Origin: Candidatus Uhrbacteria bacterium RIFCSPLOWO2_01_FULL_47_17
GTDB taxonomy: Bacteria; Patescibacteriota; Patescibacteriia; UBA9934; GWF2-40-263
DNA length: 64,000 nucleotides
Assembly (NCBI GenBank): GCA_001791305.1
Contig: MGEI01000005.1
Coordinates: forward strand, 210,698-274,697
Direction of reading: 5' to 3'
This document shows positions 45,576 through 55,317 of this stretch, in pieces (within the stretch, counting starts at the first letter, position 1; every line of letters starts with the position of its first letter). A program made the translations under genes and the position numbers. Below the pieces are notes generated by a model. It was not told the origin of the DNA. It did no database searches and saw nothing but the letters and a program-made list of their open reading frames with translations.

Positions 45576-46787
45576 ATGCTATCGATTGATAATCGTCCTT
45601 CGTTTTCTCATACGCACAGATTTTCTTTTGGACACGCGGCTGCGCTTCCAACACTCGCCCTCAATCGGCTCCTTGCGTACGCTGCCTCAAGCATTATCGG
45701 ATTGTTCCTTCCGATTTTTTTGTTCGATTTTTTTCATCGATCATTTCAAGCTGTTCTCTTATTTTATCTTGTTGATCAACTCTTAAAGTTGCCGTTCTAT
45801 GTTCCTGGTGCAAAGATTTTTTCAAAGATTGGTTTGAAAAAAAGTATGATGATTGGTGTGCTTGGATTGTCTGTTTTTTATTTCATGTTTTTTCTTCTGG
45901 GACAAAACACTCCGGTTTCTCCTTTTATCTTGATGGGTATTGGGCTTGTGGCGCTTATGTTTACAAGCACGCTTTACTGGTCCCCATTTCACATTGATTT
46001 TGCGGAATTCTCCTCAAAAGAAAAACGCGGGCGTCAGATTAGTGCTCTTTTTGTGCTTCAACACATTATTGGAGTGATCGGTCCGATTGTCTCTGGAGCG
46101 TTGATTGTTTTGTATGGTTATTCCGCAACGTTCGCCCTCGGGTTTTTTCTGGTTCTGTGTTCCCTTCTCCCGCTTTATTTTCTTCCCGCCAAATCTGTGC
46201 AATATGAATTCGGGTATTGGCAAAGTTTTCGCGAATTATTCTCCAAACGGTTTCGGCCCATGTCGATTTCTATGATGGCATTTGGAGCAGAAAATACCAT
46301 TGGAATTCTTGTATGGCCCATTTTTCTCTACATGCTTTTTGAGGGTGATTATTTGAACATTGGATTTTTCTCCGCGTTTATCATTATCACAACACTTCTC
46401 TTTCAGATTTTTATTGGAAAAGAAACAGACAAGGTTTCCGCAAAACGGATGCTTCATATCGGAACAGGATTGTATGCGCTTGGATGGGTTTGGAAAGGGC
46501 TTGTGCAAACCGTGACGGGAGTATTCGCCGCCTCAACATTTCACAGCTTTGGCTCCATTTTTCTGCAGACCCCCATGGACGCACTGACGTATGAGCAGGC
46601 AGCGGATGCAGGACATTACATTGATGAATACACCGTATTGCGTGAGATGTCATTAAATATTGGTCGCATTTTTATTATAATTTTCCTCTTGGTTTTAAAC
46701 ATTTATCTCCCAATCACCGTTTCATTCTTTGTTGCAGCAGCAATCTCTCTCGTGATTAATCGCCTCGCGGATACGGTTCGAACTTAG
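45576..46787 (+). CDS. Major facilitator superfamily transporter
   Basis: 403 aa with ~12 predicted TM helices. MFS-like loop between TM2 and TM3. Confidence 0.65.
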   Translation: MLSIDNRPSFSHTHRFSFGHAAALPTLALNRLLAYAASSIIGLFLPIFLFDFFHRSFQAVLLFYLVDQLLKLPFYVPGAKIFSKIGLKKSMMIGVLGLSVFYFMFFLLGQNTPVSPFILMGIGLVALMFTSTLYWSPFHIDFAEFSSKEKRGRQISALFVLQHIIGVIGPIVSGALIVLYGYSATFALGFFLVLCSLLPLYFLPAKSVQYEFGYWQSFRELFSKRFRPMSISMMAFGAENTIGILVWPIFLYMLFEGDYLNIGFFSAFIIITTLLFQIFIGKETDKVSAKRMLHIGTGLYALGWVWKGLVQTVTGVFAASTFHSFGSIFLQTPMDALTYEQAADAGHYIDEYTVLREMSLNIGRIFIIIFLLVLNIYLPITVSFFVAAAISLVINRLADTVRT

Positions 46788-46839
46788 CGATGGCAATAAA
46801 AAAATATCCCTGGGTCAGGGATATTTTTTTATTGTCGCG

Positions 46840-47628
46840 TTACTTGCCGAGTGCCTTATCAATAGCTGCGGAAAGTGTTGCTTCTGGGACAGCTCCCGTA
46901 ATTGGCGTTGCACTTCCATCTTTTCCAATCACGAATGTTCCAGGGGTTCCATTTACTCCTGCTGCACCACCTGCTGCCGCTTGGTCTTGAACTTTGTTCA
47001 AGTATTTTTGTGTGCTGACACAATCGTTAAACTTGTTGAGGTTGAGTTTGTTGTCGGCCGCGAGTTTTTTGAAGTAGTCTGCCGTCAAAGCGTCTTGATT
47101 TTTAAACATGGCGCCATGAAACTCCCAGAACTTTCCTTGTTCAGCCGCACACTCAGACGCAAGAGCGGCCGGGAGAGCGTTTGGATGAAAAGATAATGGG
47201 AAGTGGCGGTAAACAATACGTACCTGGTCTTTATATTTTGCCATGACCGCGTCTAAGGTTGGTTCAAATGCGCCGCAGTATGGGCATTGAAAATCTGAGT
47301 ATTCAATGAGAGTGACCGGAGCGTTTTTGTTTCCTTTAATCTGGTCCTCGTTTGAGACGGCAGGAACGGTTCCAGTTGGAGCCGGTGCGGCGTCATCGCC
47401 AGCTGGTGCGTTATTTACCGCAATGGCTTTTCCACTGCCGAGCGACAAATCGCTCACAGAGCAACTTCCGCGGAACATGCAGGTTGAAAGCAAGATAAAA
47501 CCGAGTGTTCCAATTCCAAGGATGGCTGCTCCAATTCCCAGGTAAAACGCGGTTTTAGATGGGATGACGTCAAAAAGATTTTGTTTTTCCATAAGGTGTT
47601 TGTAGGGGTGCCCCTTGTGGGTACCCAT
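46840..47628 (-). CDS. DsbA-family thiol:disulfide oxidoreductase, membrane-anchored
   Basis: 'DFQCPYCGAFEP' thioredoxin-fold CPYC active site. N-terminal TM anchor. Confidence 0.75.
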   Translation of the reverse strand: MGTHKGHPYKHLMEKQNLFDVIPSKTAFYLGIGAAILGIGTLGFILLSTCMFRGSCSVSDLSLGSGKAIAVNNAPAGDDAAPAPTGTVPAVSNEDQIKGNKNAPVTLIEYSDFQCPYCGAFEPTLDAVMAKYKDQVRIVYRHFPLSFHPNALPAALASECAAEQGKFWEFHGAMFKNQDALTADYFKKLAADNKLNLNKFNDCVSTQKYLNKVQDQAAAGGAAGVNGTPGTFVIGKDGSATPITGAVPEATLSAAIDKALGK

Positions 47629-47752
47629 GCGTTTGATTAATAGATCAAATGTTCCACAAGTTTAGCATGTGAAAGACGAATCGAATAGAGATTCGTCAAG
47701 AGAAGCGTTGCATGTCGACGATCGATGTGGATGTGTCGTATAATTTCGGTAC

Positions 47753-48676
47753 ATGAAAAAACTTGATCAACTGATTACTGACTTTCTTGAGTACCTCGAG
47801 ATCGAACGTGGACGCTCGAATCGCACCATTCGTAATTATGATTTTTATTTGCGACGATTTTCAGATTTTGCGAAGAATCCTTCACCAAAAGATGTGACGC
47901 GCGACAAAATTCACGAGTACCGTTTGTGGTTGAATCGCATGGAGGGTGGGAGGCAGCGTGAGCAGCTTTCGAAGAGTACGCAGAACTATCATTTGATCGC
48001 GCTTCGATCTTTTCTCAAGTACCTCGCGCGCCAAGCGGTCGAGTCTCTTCCGTCCGAGCAGATCGAACTTGCAAAGACACCCATGAGACAGGTTGAGTTT
48101 CTCGAGGTTGATGAGTTAGATCGATTATTGAAAGCTCCCGATCGAACCGCAGCCGGCATGATTGCGTTGCGAGACAAAGCGATTCTCGAATTGCTGTTCT
48201 CGACCGGCCTCCGTGTGTCCGAGCTTTCGAACTTAAAGATCGAGCATGTGAATTTGAAGCGTGATGAATTTACGATTCGTGGAAAAGGTGGAAAAACACG
48301 GCTCGTGTTTCTCTCATCGACGGCGAAGGACGCGATCAAATCGTATTTCGATAAACGCCGTGACGCGTCTCCATTTATTTTCGTCTCGCATGATCGCGCG
48401 AAGCATGGTCGCGAAGAATCCGGGCCGCTCACTCCTCGATCTATTCAAAGAATGGTTGAGCGATATGCAACCGCGGTTGGCATTACAAAACACATCACTC
48501 CGCACACGCTTCGTCACACCTTCGCAACAGATTTACTTCTCTCCGGTGCAGACATTCGATCCGTGCAATCCATGCTCGGTCACTCAAGCATCACAACCAC
48601 ACAGATTTATACACACATTACCAACAACCAGATGAAAGATGTGTATAAGAAGTTTCATGGGAAGCATCATGCGTAA
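47753..48676 (+). CDS. xerD: Tyrosine site-specific recombinase XerC/XerD
   Basis: N-terminal SAM-like domain (LEYLEIERGRSNRTIRNYDFYLRRF). Catalytic 'R...HTLRHTFATDLLLSGADIRSVQSMLGHSSITTTQIYTH' with terminal Tyr. Confidence 0.85.
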   Translation: MKKLDQLITDFLEYLEIERGRSNRTIRNYDFYLRRFSDFAKNPSPKDVTRDKIHEYRLWLNRMEGGRQREQLSKSTQNYHLIALRSFLKYLARQAVESLPSEQIELAKTPMRQVEFLEVDELDRLLKAPDRTAAGMIALRDKAILELLFSTGLRVSELSNLKIEHVNLKRDEFTIRGKGGKTRLVFLSSTAKDAIKSYFDKRRDASPFIFVSHDRAKHGREESGPLTPRSIQRMVERYATAVGITKHITPHTLRHTFATDLLLSGADIRSVQSMLGHSSITTTQIYTHITNNQMKDVYKKFHGKHHA

Positions 48677-49106
48677 ACGATTGACAAATACATGCTTTGC
48701 GTGTATTTTTGTGCGACAATAAAAAAAAACGCCAAAGAGGCGATGAGGTTACATTTGCAAGGAGAACCGTTGGATTTGCGTCGGAGAAACACGCAGCGAG
48801 ATGGTGCGATTGCCAGAGACGAGGCGCGGATTCATTTGAACTGGTCCGAACATTTCCCTTACTGTCCGATACTTGATCTTTGCTTCTTTCATGGCTGCCT
48901 GGAGTTCTGTGGCATCGAGCGGAATGCACATAGGTGTCTTCTCACCTTGAGAGAATACATCAAACACAAGCAAACACGGCATGTTTTTTCCTCCCTCTAT
49001 CTGCATAGACAGATGCACAGATAGACGATTATCATGAGCCTTTTTTTGGTTTTTGTCAAGATACTGAGCAATAAAAAATCCTTCGAGATCATCGAAAGAT
49101 TCTTTA

Positions 49107-49183
49107 TGGTGGCCCGAGCTGGATTCGAACCAGCGACCTTGAGCTTAGAAGTCTCCTGCTCTATCCAACTGAGCTATCGGGCC
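49107..49183 (-). tRNA. tRNA-Arg (anticodon TCT), with two mismatched pairs in the anticodon stem
   Basis: Reverse complement GGCCCGATAGCTCAGTTGGATAGAGCAGGAGACTTCTAAGCTCAAGGTCGCTGGTTCGAATCCAGCTCGGGCCACCA. Acceptor, D- and T-arms are perfect. Anticodon loop CTTCTAA. Pairs 27:43 (G/A) and 31:39 (A/G) are unpaired. Confidence 0.65.
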
Positions 49184-49258
49184 AAAAACCTCCGCAAATA
49201 TATCTGATTTTGACGTTTTTGTAAAGAGACGATAGCGTGCGTGTTATGGGAGGTACAC

Positions 49259-49846
49259 ATGCGAATCATGGCCGTGCTTCTTTGCGTTGGGTGTGCGATG
49301 GCGTGTGGAGCAACACCGATCGCAAAATCGCGCGTGCAGGAACCGTCACGACAGGCAAAACTGACATCTGCCGTTGACGCACTTGTACGATTTGAAACAG
49401 AGAGGTTGTGCCCAACGGACATTCGTATTGCAGCCGAGCTTGTGGATATGACCGTCCGTATACAAAACGAAACGCCGACCGTGTCCACACTTACAGATTG
49501 TCTGTTGCGATCCATGGTCTTGCTTGATGAACTCTTTCGCATGCAAGAAGAATCTCTTTCATATTTTTCTTCTGTGAGCCTGATCGTTCGATCCATGATG
49601 TTCACGCCAAAACAGGCGGAGGAAGTTTTTCTCAAAGCAGAAGTGAAACGTGTCCTTGTTGCCTACGGCGTGAAATCAGTCCCCGATTCACTTGAAGATA
49701 TGGTGCGCCTTACGCATCTGAATGCACGTATGCGACAAGCGCATGTTGATGTATGGGCAAAAGATCGCATCGAACTTCAGCGCTCCATTGAGAATTTGCA
49801 TGACGTCATGCGCAGACAGAGCCCGCATCCAAAATACGTTTACTAG
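49259..49846 (+). CDS. Hypothetical lipoprotein
   Basis: Start at the ATG after GGGAGG. MRIMAVLLCVGCAMACGA signal with lipobox Cys. Confidence 0.5.
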   Translation: MRIMAVLLCVGCAMACGATPIAKSRVQEPSRQAKLTSAVDALVRFETERLCPTDIRIAAELVDMTVRIQNETPTVSTLTDCLLRSMVLLDELFRMQEESLSYFSSVSLIVRSMMFTPKQAEEVFLKAEVKRVLVAYGVKSVPDSLEDMVRLTHLNARMRQAHVDVWAKDRIELQRSIENLHDVMRRQSPHPKYVY

Positions 49847-49860
49847 GTCTCGCTCAGCCT

Positions 49861-50634
49861 TCACGGCTGAGTTTTTTCATACGTTTCCGCCGCGCCCCAC
49901 AACCCTTCAAACCACGCCATCATCGTGTCGTGGTGCTCCTTCGATGTGATGAGCACACAGTACGCGTTTGCTCTCGAGGAAACATAAAGTGTTTTGTCAT
50001 CGTACAAAAAAATCGTTGTGAGAAATTTTTTGTGCATGACATCTGGCAAAATGCGCACATCGGATTTTCCTTTGTAGTAGTCGCGGTAGATAACTGGGTC
50101 GATTCGCTGTTCCCACAAGTTACGTGTCTCAATCTTGCGATCGATACGACTTCCAACGTATCGCTCGACGAAGGCACTCCCGACTTGCCAGGCGAAATTT
50201 TCTTTTGGCACAACCGAACAAATTTTTTTCGATTTACAATACAACGAATCCATCATCGCGTTCTTCACCGCTTCAAATCCCTCGAAGAACGAGACAGTCG
50301 GCCTGTCGCTCGAGGGGGCAGCCGTCTCGAGTGCCGTCTTCAGAATCTGGATGTCTGCCGTGAGTGCCTCGAGCTCATGCTTCTTTTCTTCGACGAGATG
50401 CTCGAGTTTGTGCAGGGGTTCGAGCACGATCTTTTGATCGCTCTCTTTGCCGGACTTGCTTACGAGCCCTCGACGCTCAAGCGAAGTTAGGGCATAGTAC
50501 ACGGTCGGTCTTTTCTCACCCGTATCCTTAATAATGTCGCGGGGGCTTCTGCGCCCAGCGGCAAGAGAGAGGTAAACGGTGATCTCGGATTCCGACAACC
50601 CAAGTTTTTTAAGTATTTTGCGAGGATCGTGCAT
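49861..50634 (-). CDS. TrmB-family transcriptional regulator (paralog 1)
   Basis: N-terminal winged HTH 'ILKKLGLSESEITVYLSLAAGRRSPRDIIKDTGEKRPTVYYALTSLERRGLV', coiled-coil linker, and a C-terminal TrmB-like effector domain. Confidence 0.65.
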   Translation of the reverse strand: MHDPRKILKKLGLSESEITVYLSLAAGRRSPRDIIKDTGEKRPTVYYALTSLERRGLVSKSGKESDQKIVLEPLHKLEHLVEEKKHELEALTADIQILKTALETAAPSSDRPTVSFFEGFEAVKNAMMDSLYCKSKKICSVVPKENFAWQVGSAFVERYVGSRIDRKIETRNLWEQRIDPVIYRDYYKGKSDVRILPDVMHKKFLTTIFLYDDKTLYVSSRANAYCVLITSKEHHDTMMAWFEGLWGAAETYEKTQP

Positions 50635-50721
50635 ATATCGTCTAATGAGTATTAGACAGAATTGTACACTTTTGCGCAAAAAGATACAGTCTAGGCAGGA
50701 CGTACATTAAAAGGAGACACA

Positions 50722-51345
50722 ATGAAGCCTCGTATGATTGGTTTGACGGGCAACATGGGCTGCGGGAAAAGTACTGTGGCGAAATTGCTTTCGGCATTTC
50801 CGGATGTATTTGTGTACAACACGGACCTCATTTGGAGAGAGATGATGCGTGAACAATTCGCGCGCGACTATATCCAATTTTTGATCAGTGAACACGCATA
50901 CGTCGGTAAGGAGCCGCAGATTGGCATCATCGCAGCTGCGATCTTCTCGGACGATCAGAAGCGTGTTGCGCTTGAAGCATTCGCAGGATTGCATATCATG
51001 ACGGGAATCGCGCATCGCGCGGGAAAGCGTCCTGAGAAAATACACATTATCGAGAACGCAATTTTGTTCGAAGCCGACGTGGCGAAATATTTTTCCAAAC
51101 CGCGGGAGATCATTGTTGTGACGTGTGACGAAGAAGAACAACTTCGTCGCGTCCTCGCGAGAGAAATTCCGGGACGCCCGAATCTCACGCACGCACAGTT
51201 TGATGCGCGTATGGCCAAGCAATGGCCGCAAGCAAAGAAAGTCGCACTCGCAACATACGTGATCGATACGTTCTGTTCCCTTCCCGAGCTCGAAGGACGA
51301 GTGAAGGATCTGTACAATCAGATCACAGGAGGAAATCATGAGTAA
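50722..51345 (+). CDS. coaE: Dephospho-CoA kinase
   Basis: 'MIGLTGNMGCGKSTVAKLL' P-loop. 207 aa. Confidence 0.85.
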   Translation: MKPRMIGLTGNMGCGKSTVAKLLSAFPDVFVYNTDLIWREMMREQFARDYIQFLISEHAYVGKEPQIGIIAAAIFSDDQKRVALEAFAGLHIMTGIAHRAGKRPEKIHIIENAILFEADVAKYFSKPREIIVVTCDEEEQLRRVLAREIPGRPNLTHAQFDARMAKQWPQAKKVALATYVIDTFCSLPELEGRVKDLYNQITGGNHE

Positions 51346-51877
51346 TCGCGTTGCGGTTTATGCAGGTTCGTTTGATCTGTTTACGATCGGACACTTGTGG
51401 GTCGCGGAGCAAGGCTCCAAAATGTTCGACACACTTGTGATCGCGGTTGGTGTGAATCCGGCGAAGGCAAACAAAACCATGTTCACTGTTGAAGAACGCC
51501 TCGCACAAATTCGTGCATGTACGTCTCATCTTCCAAATGTGGAAGTTACATCTTGCGGAAAAATGTTTTTGCATGATTACGTAATGAGCATTGATGCGAA
51601 TTGGGTGCTGCGCGGAGTCCGTGGTCCGAAAGACTATGAAGACGAAGCCAACACACAAGACATGGTTCGCGAAGCACTCGACAAGATGAAATGCACGTAT
51701 GATATTCAAACCGCGTTCATCCGTCCGCCACATGATGTGGCAGTGGTGAGCTCAAGTTCCGTCAAAGCGTTGATGGGATTTGATAAGTGGGAAGAAATGG
51801 TCGCGTTTTTCGTCTCACCGGCGATTGTGAATTCCGTGATCGCCAAATTCAAGGAGGTTCTGAATGCAAACGCCTAA
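51338..51877 (+). CDS. coaD: Phosphopantetheine adenylyltransferase
   Basis: 'VAVYAGSFDLFTIGHLWV' (T/H)xGH nucleotidyltransferase motif. 179 aa. Overlaps coaE by 8 nt. Confidence 0.85.
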   Translation: MSNRVAVYAGSFDLFTIGHLWVAEQGSKMFDTLVIAVGVNPAKANKTMFTVEERLAQIRACTSHLPNVEVTSCGKMFLHDYVMSIDANWVLRGVRGPKDYEDEANTQDMVREALDKMKCTYDIQTAFIRPPHDVAVVSSSSVKALMGFDKWEEMVAFFVSPAIVNSVIAKFKEVLNANA

Positions 51878-52505
51878 GATTGAACCGTGGCTTGCATGGA
51901 GACGGTTGTGCGAGGATCTGAATCTCGACGTTGCAGCGATGCAGATCGGGTTTCAAGAACTCGCGCGACGGTACGGAGAGTCACACAGAAAATATCATAC
52001 ACTCGCACACATTGCGGCGTGCCTGCAGGAATTCGAAGCAGTGAAAGCTCAGTGTGATGATCTGCTCGGTGTTGAACTCGCCATCTGGTTTCATGATCTC
52101 TATTATGAAACGAATCGCAAAGACAACGAAGATCGCAGTGCGGACCGTATGTACGTACTCGTCGAACCTCGAGAGTGGACAAGAAACCACACCCTCACCG
52201 CAGACGTCTGTATTCGCGCCACCAAACACGCGGCCGCGCCCGAAGAACACGACGCGCAAATCATGGTCGACATCGATCTCTCGATTCTCGGACAGCCTTG
52301 GAATGTGTACGAAGAATACACGCGTCAGATTCGTGCAGAGTACAAACGCGTTCCACGCCTTCTGTATGTCCCTGGCCGCCGCAAGATTATGCAATCTTTC
52401 CTCGACCGCCCACACATTTTCTCGACCGAGTTTTTTCACGCGCGCTATGAAACGCAAGCCCGCGCAAACATCACGCGCGAACTCAACACCCTCAAGCTGT
52501 TCTAA
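51864..52505 (+). CDS. HD-domain-like hypothetical protein
   Basis: 'YHTLAHIAAC...ELAIWFHDLYYE' His...HD arrangement. Confidence 0.55.
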   Translation: MQTPKIEPWLAWRRLCEDLNLDVAAMQIGFQELARRYGESHRKYHTLAHIAACLQEFEAVKAQCDDLLGVELAIWFHDLYYETNRKDNEDRSADRMYVLVEPREWTRNHTLTADVCIRATKHAAAPEEHDAQIMVDIDLSILGQPWNVYEEYTRQIRAEYKRVPRLLYVPGRRKIMQSFLDRPHIFSTEFFHARYETQARANITRELNTLKLF

Positions 52506-52573
52506 CCTGTTCAAACGAACAGGTTTTTTGTCGGCAAAGAAAAAACACATCCGAGGGATGTGTTGAGAGTGTC

Positions 52574-53578
52574 TTAGAACACCATGCCTTGAACGGCAAA
52601 CGTCGTCTGGATATGAGAATGACGTTCGATGGTGCGAGCGATTTCCTGAACCGTGTCATAGTCCGCGTCCGGATCATGGTGTGTGGTGATGATGCGCTTC
52701 GGCTTGGCTTCGATCGCGTGTTGTGCCGCGGCTTCCGCGGTGATGTGACCGTAGCCTTGCCGTTTGTCTTCATACATCTTTTTCGTGTATTGCACTTCCG
52801 TCACAACCACATCTGCACCTTCCCAAAGGCGTACGATGTTTTTGTCGAACTCATCCTTTCCGTGCTCATGGTCGAGTGTCACGGCAATGACATGACCACA
52901 CCACTCAAAGCGATATCCGTACGAACCGTTTGGGTGATTCATCGGGAGAACCCAAACCTTGATCGGCTGCAAATCGTTTTCGATTTCGAAATGCTCATTG
53001 GGTTCAATCACACGGAGATCCCGTTTGGAACCAAGGTATTCCCACGGAACCGGGAAAACAGGAGGACGAAAGTTGAACTGTTGCATCACCTCAAAGAGGT
53101 TCATGCCGCAGTGAAGACCGCCGATCATGTGAATTTTGGTTTTCGGCGAGAAGATTGGCTTGAAGGCCTGTGCCCCAAAGAGATGGTCTCCGTGTACATG
53201 CGAACTCATGAACGTGAGATCCAGTTCTTCTTCTTGGTTCAGATGCCCGCTTTCGAGCAATGCTTGCCCAAGGTTTTTGATGTCACTGCCTTGGGCGACA
53301 TACTGGTTCAAAAACACATCAACATCTTTGATGGTTTTGCCCGGCATGAGATAACGCTTCATGAGCTCATTGCCAATGTCAATCATGCCTGAGCCGAAGT
53401 CAAAGATGATGAGCTTGCGTCCGAATTGGAGAGTATGACAGGTAGTGTGTCCACCAATCTTTGTGTCACCAATTACGAACGAACCGCGCACGCCATAGAA
53501 TTTGCCTTTTGGCTTCATCATGTCGAGCATTGTTTCTTGCGAAAATCCATTTCCCTGAAGTGCGGGAATTCGAGCCAT
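52574..53578 (-). CDS. MBL-fold metallo-hydrolase
   Basis: 'MSSHVHGDHLFG' HxHxDH motif and downstream His/Asp ligands. 334 aa. Confidence 0.75.
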   Translation of the reverse strand: MARIPALQGNGFSQETMLDMMKPKGKFYGVRGSFVIGDTKIGGHTTCHTLQFGRKLIIFDFGSGMIDIGNELMKRYLMPGKTIKDVDVFLNQYVAQGSDIKNLGQALLESGHLNQEEELDLTFMSSHVHGDHLFGAQAFKPIFSPKTKIHMIGGLHCGMNLFEVMQQFNFRPPVFPVPWEYLGSKRDLRVIEPNEHFEIENDLQPIKVWVLPMNHPNGSYGYRFEWCGHVIAVTLDHEHGKDEFDKNIVRLWEGADVVVTEVQYTKKMYEDKRQGYGHITAEAAAQHAIEAKPKRIITTHHDPDADYDTVQEIARTIERHSHIQTTFAVQGMVF

Positions 53579-53810
53579 GTCTTCCTCCTGAAATTTGGAA
53601 GGTACTTCCGATGAGGTAGATTCCTCATTTCAGCAGGCAACACCGTGTTCCCAGCTGAAGAAAGGATCAAGGACCTTAAGGCTTTTTGTGGTTTTTGTCA
53701 AGGGATTCGACGTGTCTGTCGATATATCAAACTCTTGTTACAGAAACAGCATAAATCATTTGAGAATATTTGAAATATGCCTTGTCGAAGAGTTCGACAA
53801 CACAAAAACA

Positions 53811-53931
53811 AAACCTCCAAAATTGGATGAGATGCGCCGCGCTGGAGGAAATAAATGTTTGAGTCGTAGACTATCTACGGCGAAAACATTTATTTCCGAA
53901 GCGCAAGCAGATCGCCAATTTTGGAGGTTTT
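53811..53931. repeat. Nested inverted-repeat / multi-hairpin element adjacent to tRNA-His
   Basis: Outer IR AAACCTCCAAAATTGG (53811-53826) / CCAATTTTGGAGGTTT (53916-53931). Inner 13-bp IR GGAAATAAATGTT...AACATTTATTTCC. Innermost CGTAGActaTCTACG. Confidence 0.55.
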
Positions 53932-53932
53932 G

Positions 53933-54008
53933 TGGGGCGGTCAACGGGAATTGAACCCGTAATAGAGGTACCACAAACCCCTGTGATAACCTTTTCACCA
54001 TGACCGCC
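53933..54008 (-). tRNA. tRNA-His (anticodon GTG) with encoded G-1 and CCA
   Basis: Reverse complement G-GCGGTCA-TG-GTGA-AAAGGTTA-TCAC-A-GGGGT-TTGTGGT-ACCTC-TATT-ACGGG-TTCAATT-CCCGT-TGACCGC-C-CCA. All stems pair. The extra 5' G pairs with C73. Confidence 0.8.
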
Positions 54009-54075
54009 ATATAGGTTAGCGAGCAGAGTATAACGTTCAGAAAGAAAAAGATCAATAGTTCGGAGTATTTGATAT

Positions 54076-54106
54076 CAATGAAAAAAACCTCGCAAGCGTA
54101 TTGCGA
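54076..54106 (-). terminator. Rho-independent terminator ending the zinc-ribbon operon
   Basis: Minus-strand reading CCTCGCAATACGCTTGCGAGGTTTTTTT. Confidence 0.6.
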
Positions 54107-54117
54107 GGCAAGCGTCT

Positions 54118-54567
54118 CTAGCCAGTTTTGCGTTTTGCAAGCGTGGCATTTGTCTTTTTGCCGCAGGAAACGCAGGCATTCGCTTCGACCTGGATGACAG
54201 CACCACAGGTGCAAGCCTTCGTCTGTTCCCAAGTTTTGTCGACGGCCGTTTGGCAGCCGGGACAGAACTTGTATTCCTTTTTGAGCGTACGTTCGCACGC
54301 GCACTTTACGGGAATAAGATCGGTTACGAGCTGGACTTTGCCGACACTAGTTCCACATTCGTGGCAGAAACGCGCGTCGTGTTCCAGTTTTTCGCCACAG
54401 GCCGAGCAGAAGGTCCAAGGAGCTCCGCTGTGTGGTGTTGCGTGATTCACGGAGCGTAGATGCGATGCACGCGTGCTTGGGTAACTCGGTTGCGGTGCAA
54501 CGTACGGCGCTTGATTGCGCGAATTGTCGCTCCAGGAACCGCCGTATGAGGATGACTTATACGCCAT
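54118..54567 (-). CDS. Multi-zinc-ribbon protein (third gene of the operon)
   Basis: Start at the ATG after GGAGG (MAYKSSSYGG...). Three CxxC...CxxC pairs (CSACGEK..CHECG; CACERT..CPGCQ; CTCGAV..CVSCG). GC-rich. Confidence 0.55.
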   Translation of the reverse strand: MAYKSSSYGGSWSDNSRNQAPYVAPQPSYPSTRASHLRSVNHATPHSGAPWTFCSACGEKLEHDARFCHECGTSVGKVQLVTDLIPVKCACERTLKKEYKFCPGCQTAVDKTWEQTKACTCGAVIQVEANACVSCGKKTNATLAKRKTG

Positions 54568-55279
54568 GACAAACCTCCATGAAGACGTTGTTGCGATTCG
54601 TTCCACATCGATAACAGAATCGACGCGGTTTCTCAAATGTCGAAAGGCCACATTTGGGGCAATGAGTTCCCTCTTCACAGAAGAGACTCGAGCCTTTTGT
54701 ACTCCAGTCGTGCACCGTGAGAAGTCTGGTGTGTTGTTTCCATTCCGTCAGATACGCAGGTTCGCACATCGTTGGATTCATAAGTGCAACACGAGCGTTT
54801 CCTGGAATTCCGTGCGCATGCGCGCGAGCAATGATCACTTGCGCGATCAACATGGATGTTGCGATTCCACTCGACAATTTGTGAATGAGACTCCAGTCGA
54901 GTCCGAACACACCCTGGTCTGTATGTGGGTCATTCGGATCCGAGAAGTAAATCCATCGCACAAAACCGCCGAAGCCGAGTTTGTGATCATCAAGGTAGCA
55001 ACGATCAATTGGGTCCACACCTTTGAATCCTTGCACCATCTCGCCGTGCAATCCACTTTTCATTTCGTTTGGAATCATGAAAACGGAAATGTCTTTTTGA
55101 TGATGTGTTACACCCTTCCCCATTCCGTAACCGATCCACGGACACGTGCGAGCGTCTTCTTGTGTCATAAGAGACGCATCCATGAGAAAGTTTTTTTCAA
55201 ACGGTGTTCGAAGGAATGGCTGAAGCGATTTTACGGGCATACGTTCTGTGCCCGGATGCACATAGATGCGCGGTCGCAT
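54557..55279 (-). CDS. Hypothetical protein with a C-terminal zinc ribbon (second gene of the operon)
   Basis: Start MRPRIYVHPG. C-terminal 'CPKCGLSTFEKPRRFCYRCG'. Its stop overlaps the RBS of the downstream gene. Confidence 0.5.
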   Translation of the reverse strand: MRPRIYVHPGTERMPVKSLQPFLRTPFEKNFLMDASLMTQEDARTCPWIGYGMGKGVTHHQKDISVFMIPNEMKSGLHGEMVQGFKGVDPIDRCYLDDHKLGFGGFVRWIYFSDPNDPHTDQGVFGLDWSLIHKLSSGIATSMLIAQVIIARAHAHGIPGNARVALMNPTMCEPAYLTEWKQHTRLLTVHDWSTKGSSLFCEEGTHCPKCGLSTFEKPRRFCYRCGTNRNNVFMEVCHGV

Positions 55280-55317
55280 GAGACCTCCTCGTGTTGGAAG
55301 AAAAAACTCTGTGAAGA

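Noticed and set aside
48690-49100. ORFs 48692..49024 (+) and 48749..49018 (-) between xerD and tRNA-Arg
   Set aside because: They are mutually overlapping with no RBS or motifs, and one needs a GTG start. They were treated as an intergenic region and the possible att-like neighbourhood of tRNA-Arg.
53756-54304. 182-aa minus-strand ORF
   Set aside because: It overlaps the hand-folded tRNA-His (53933-54008) and the zinc-ribbon gene 3. No RBS is present. It is a spurious read-through of a structured non-coding region.
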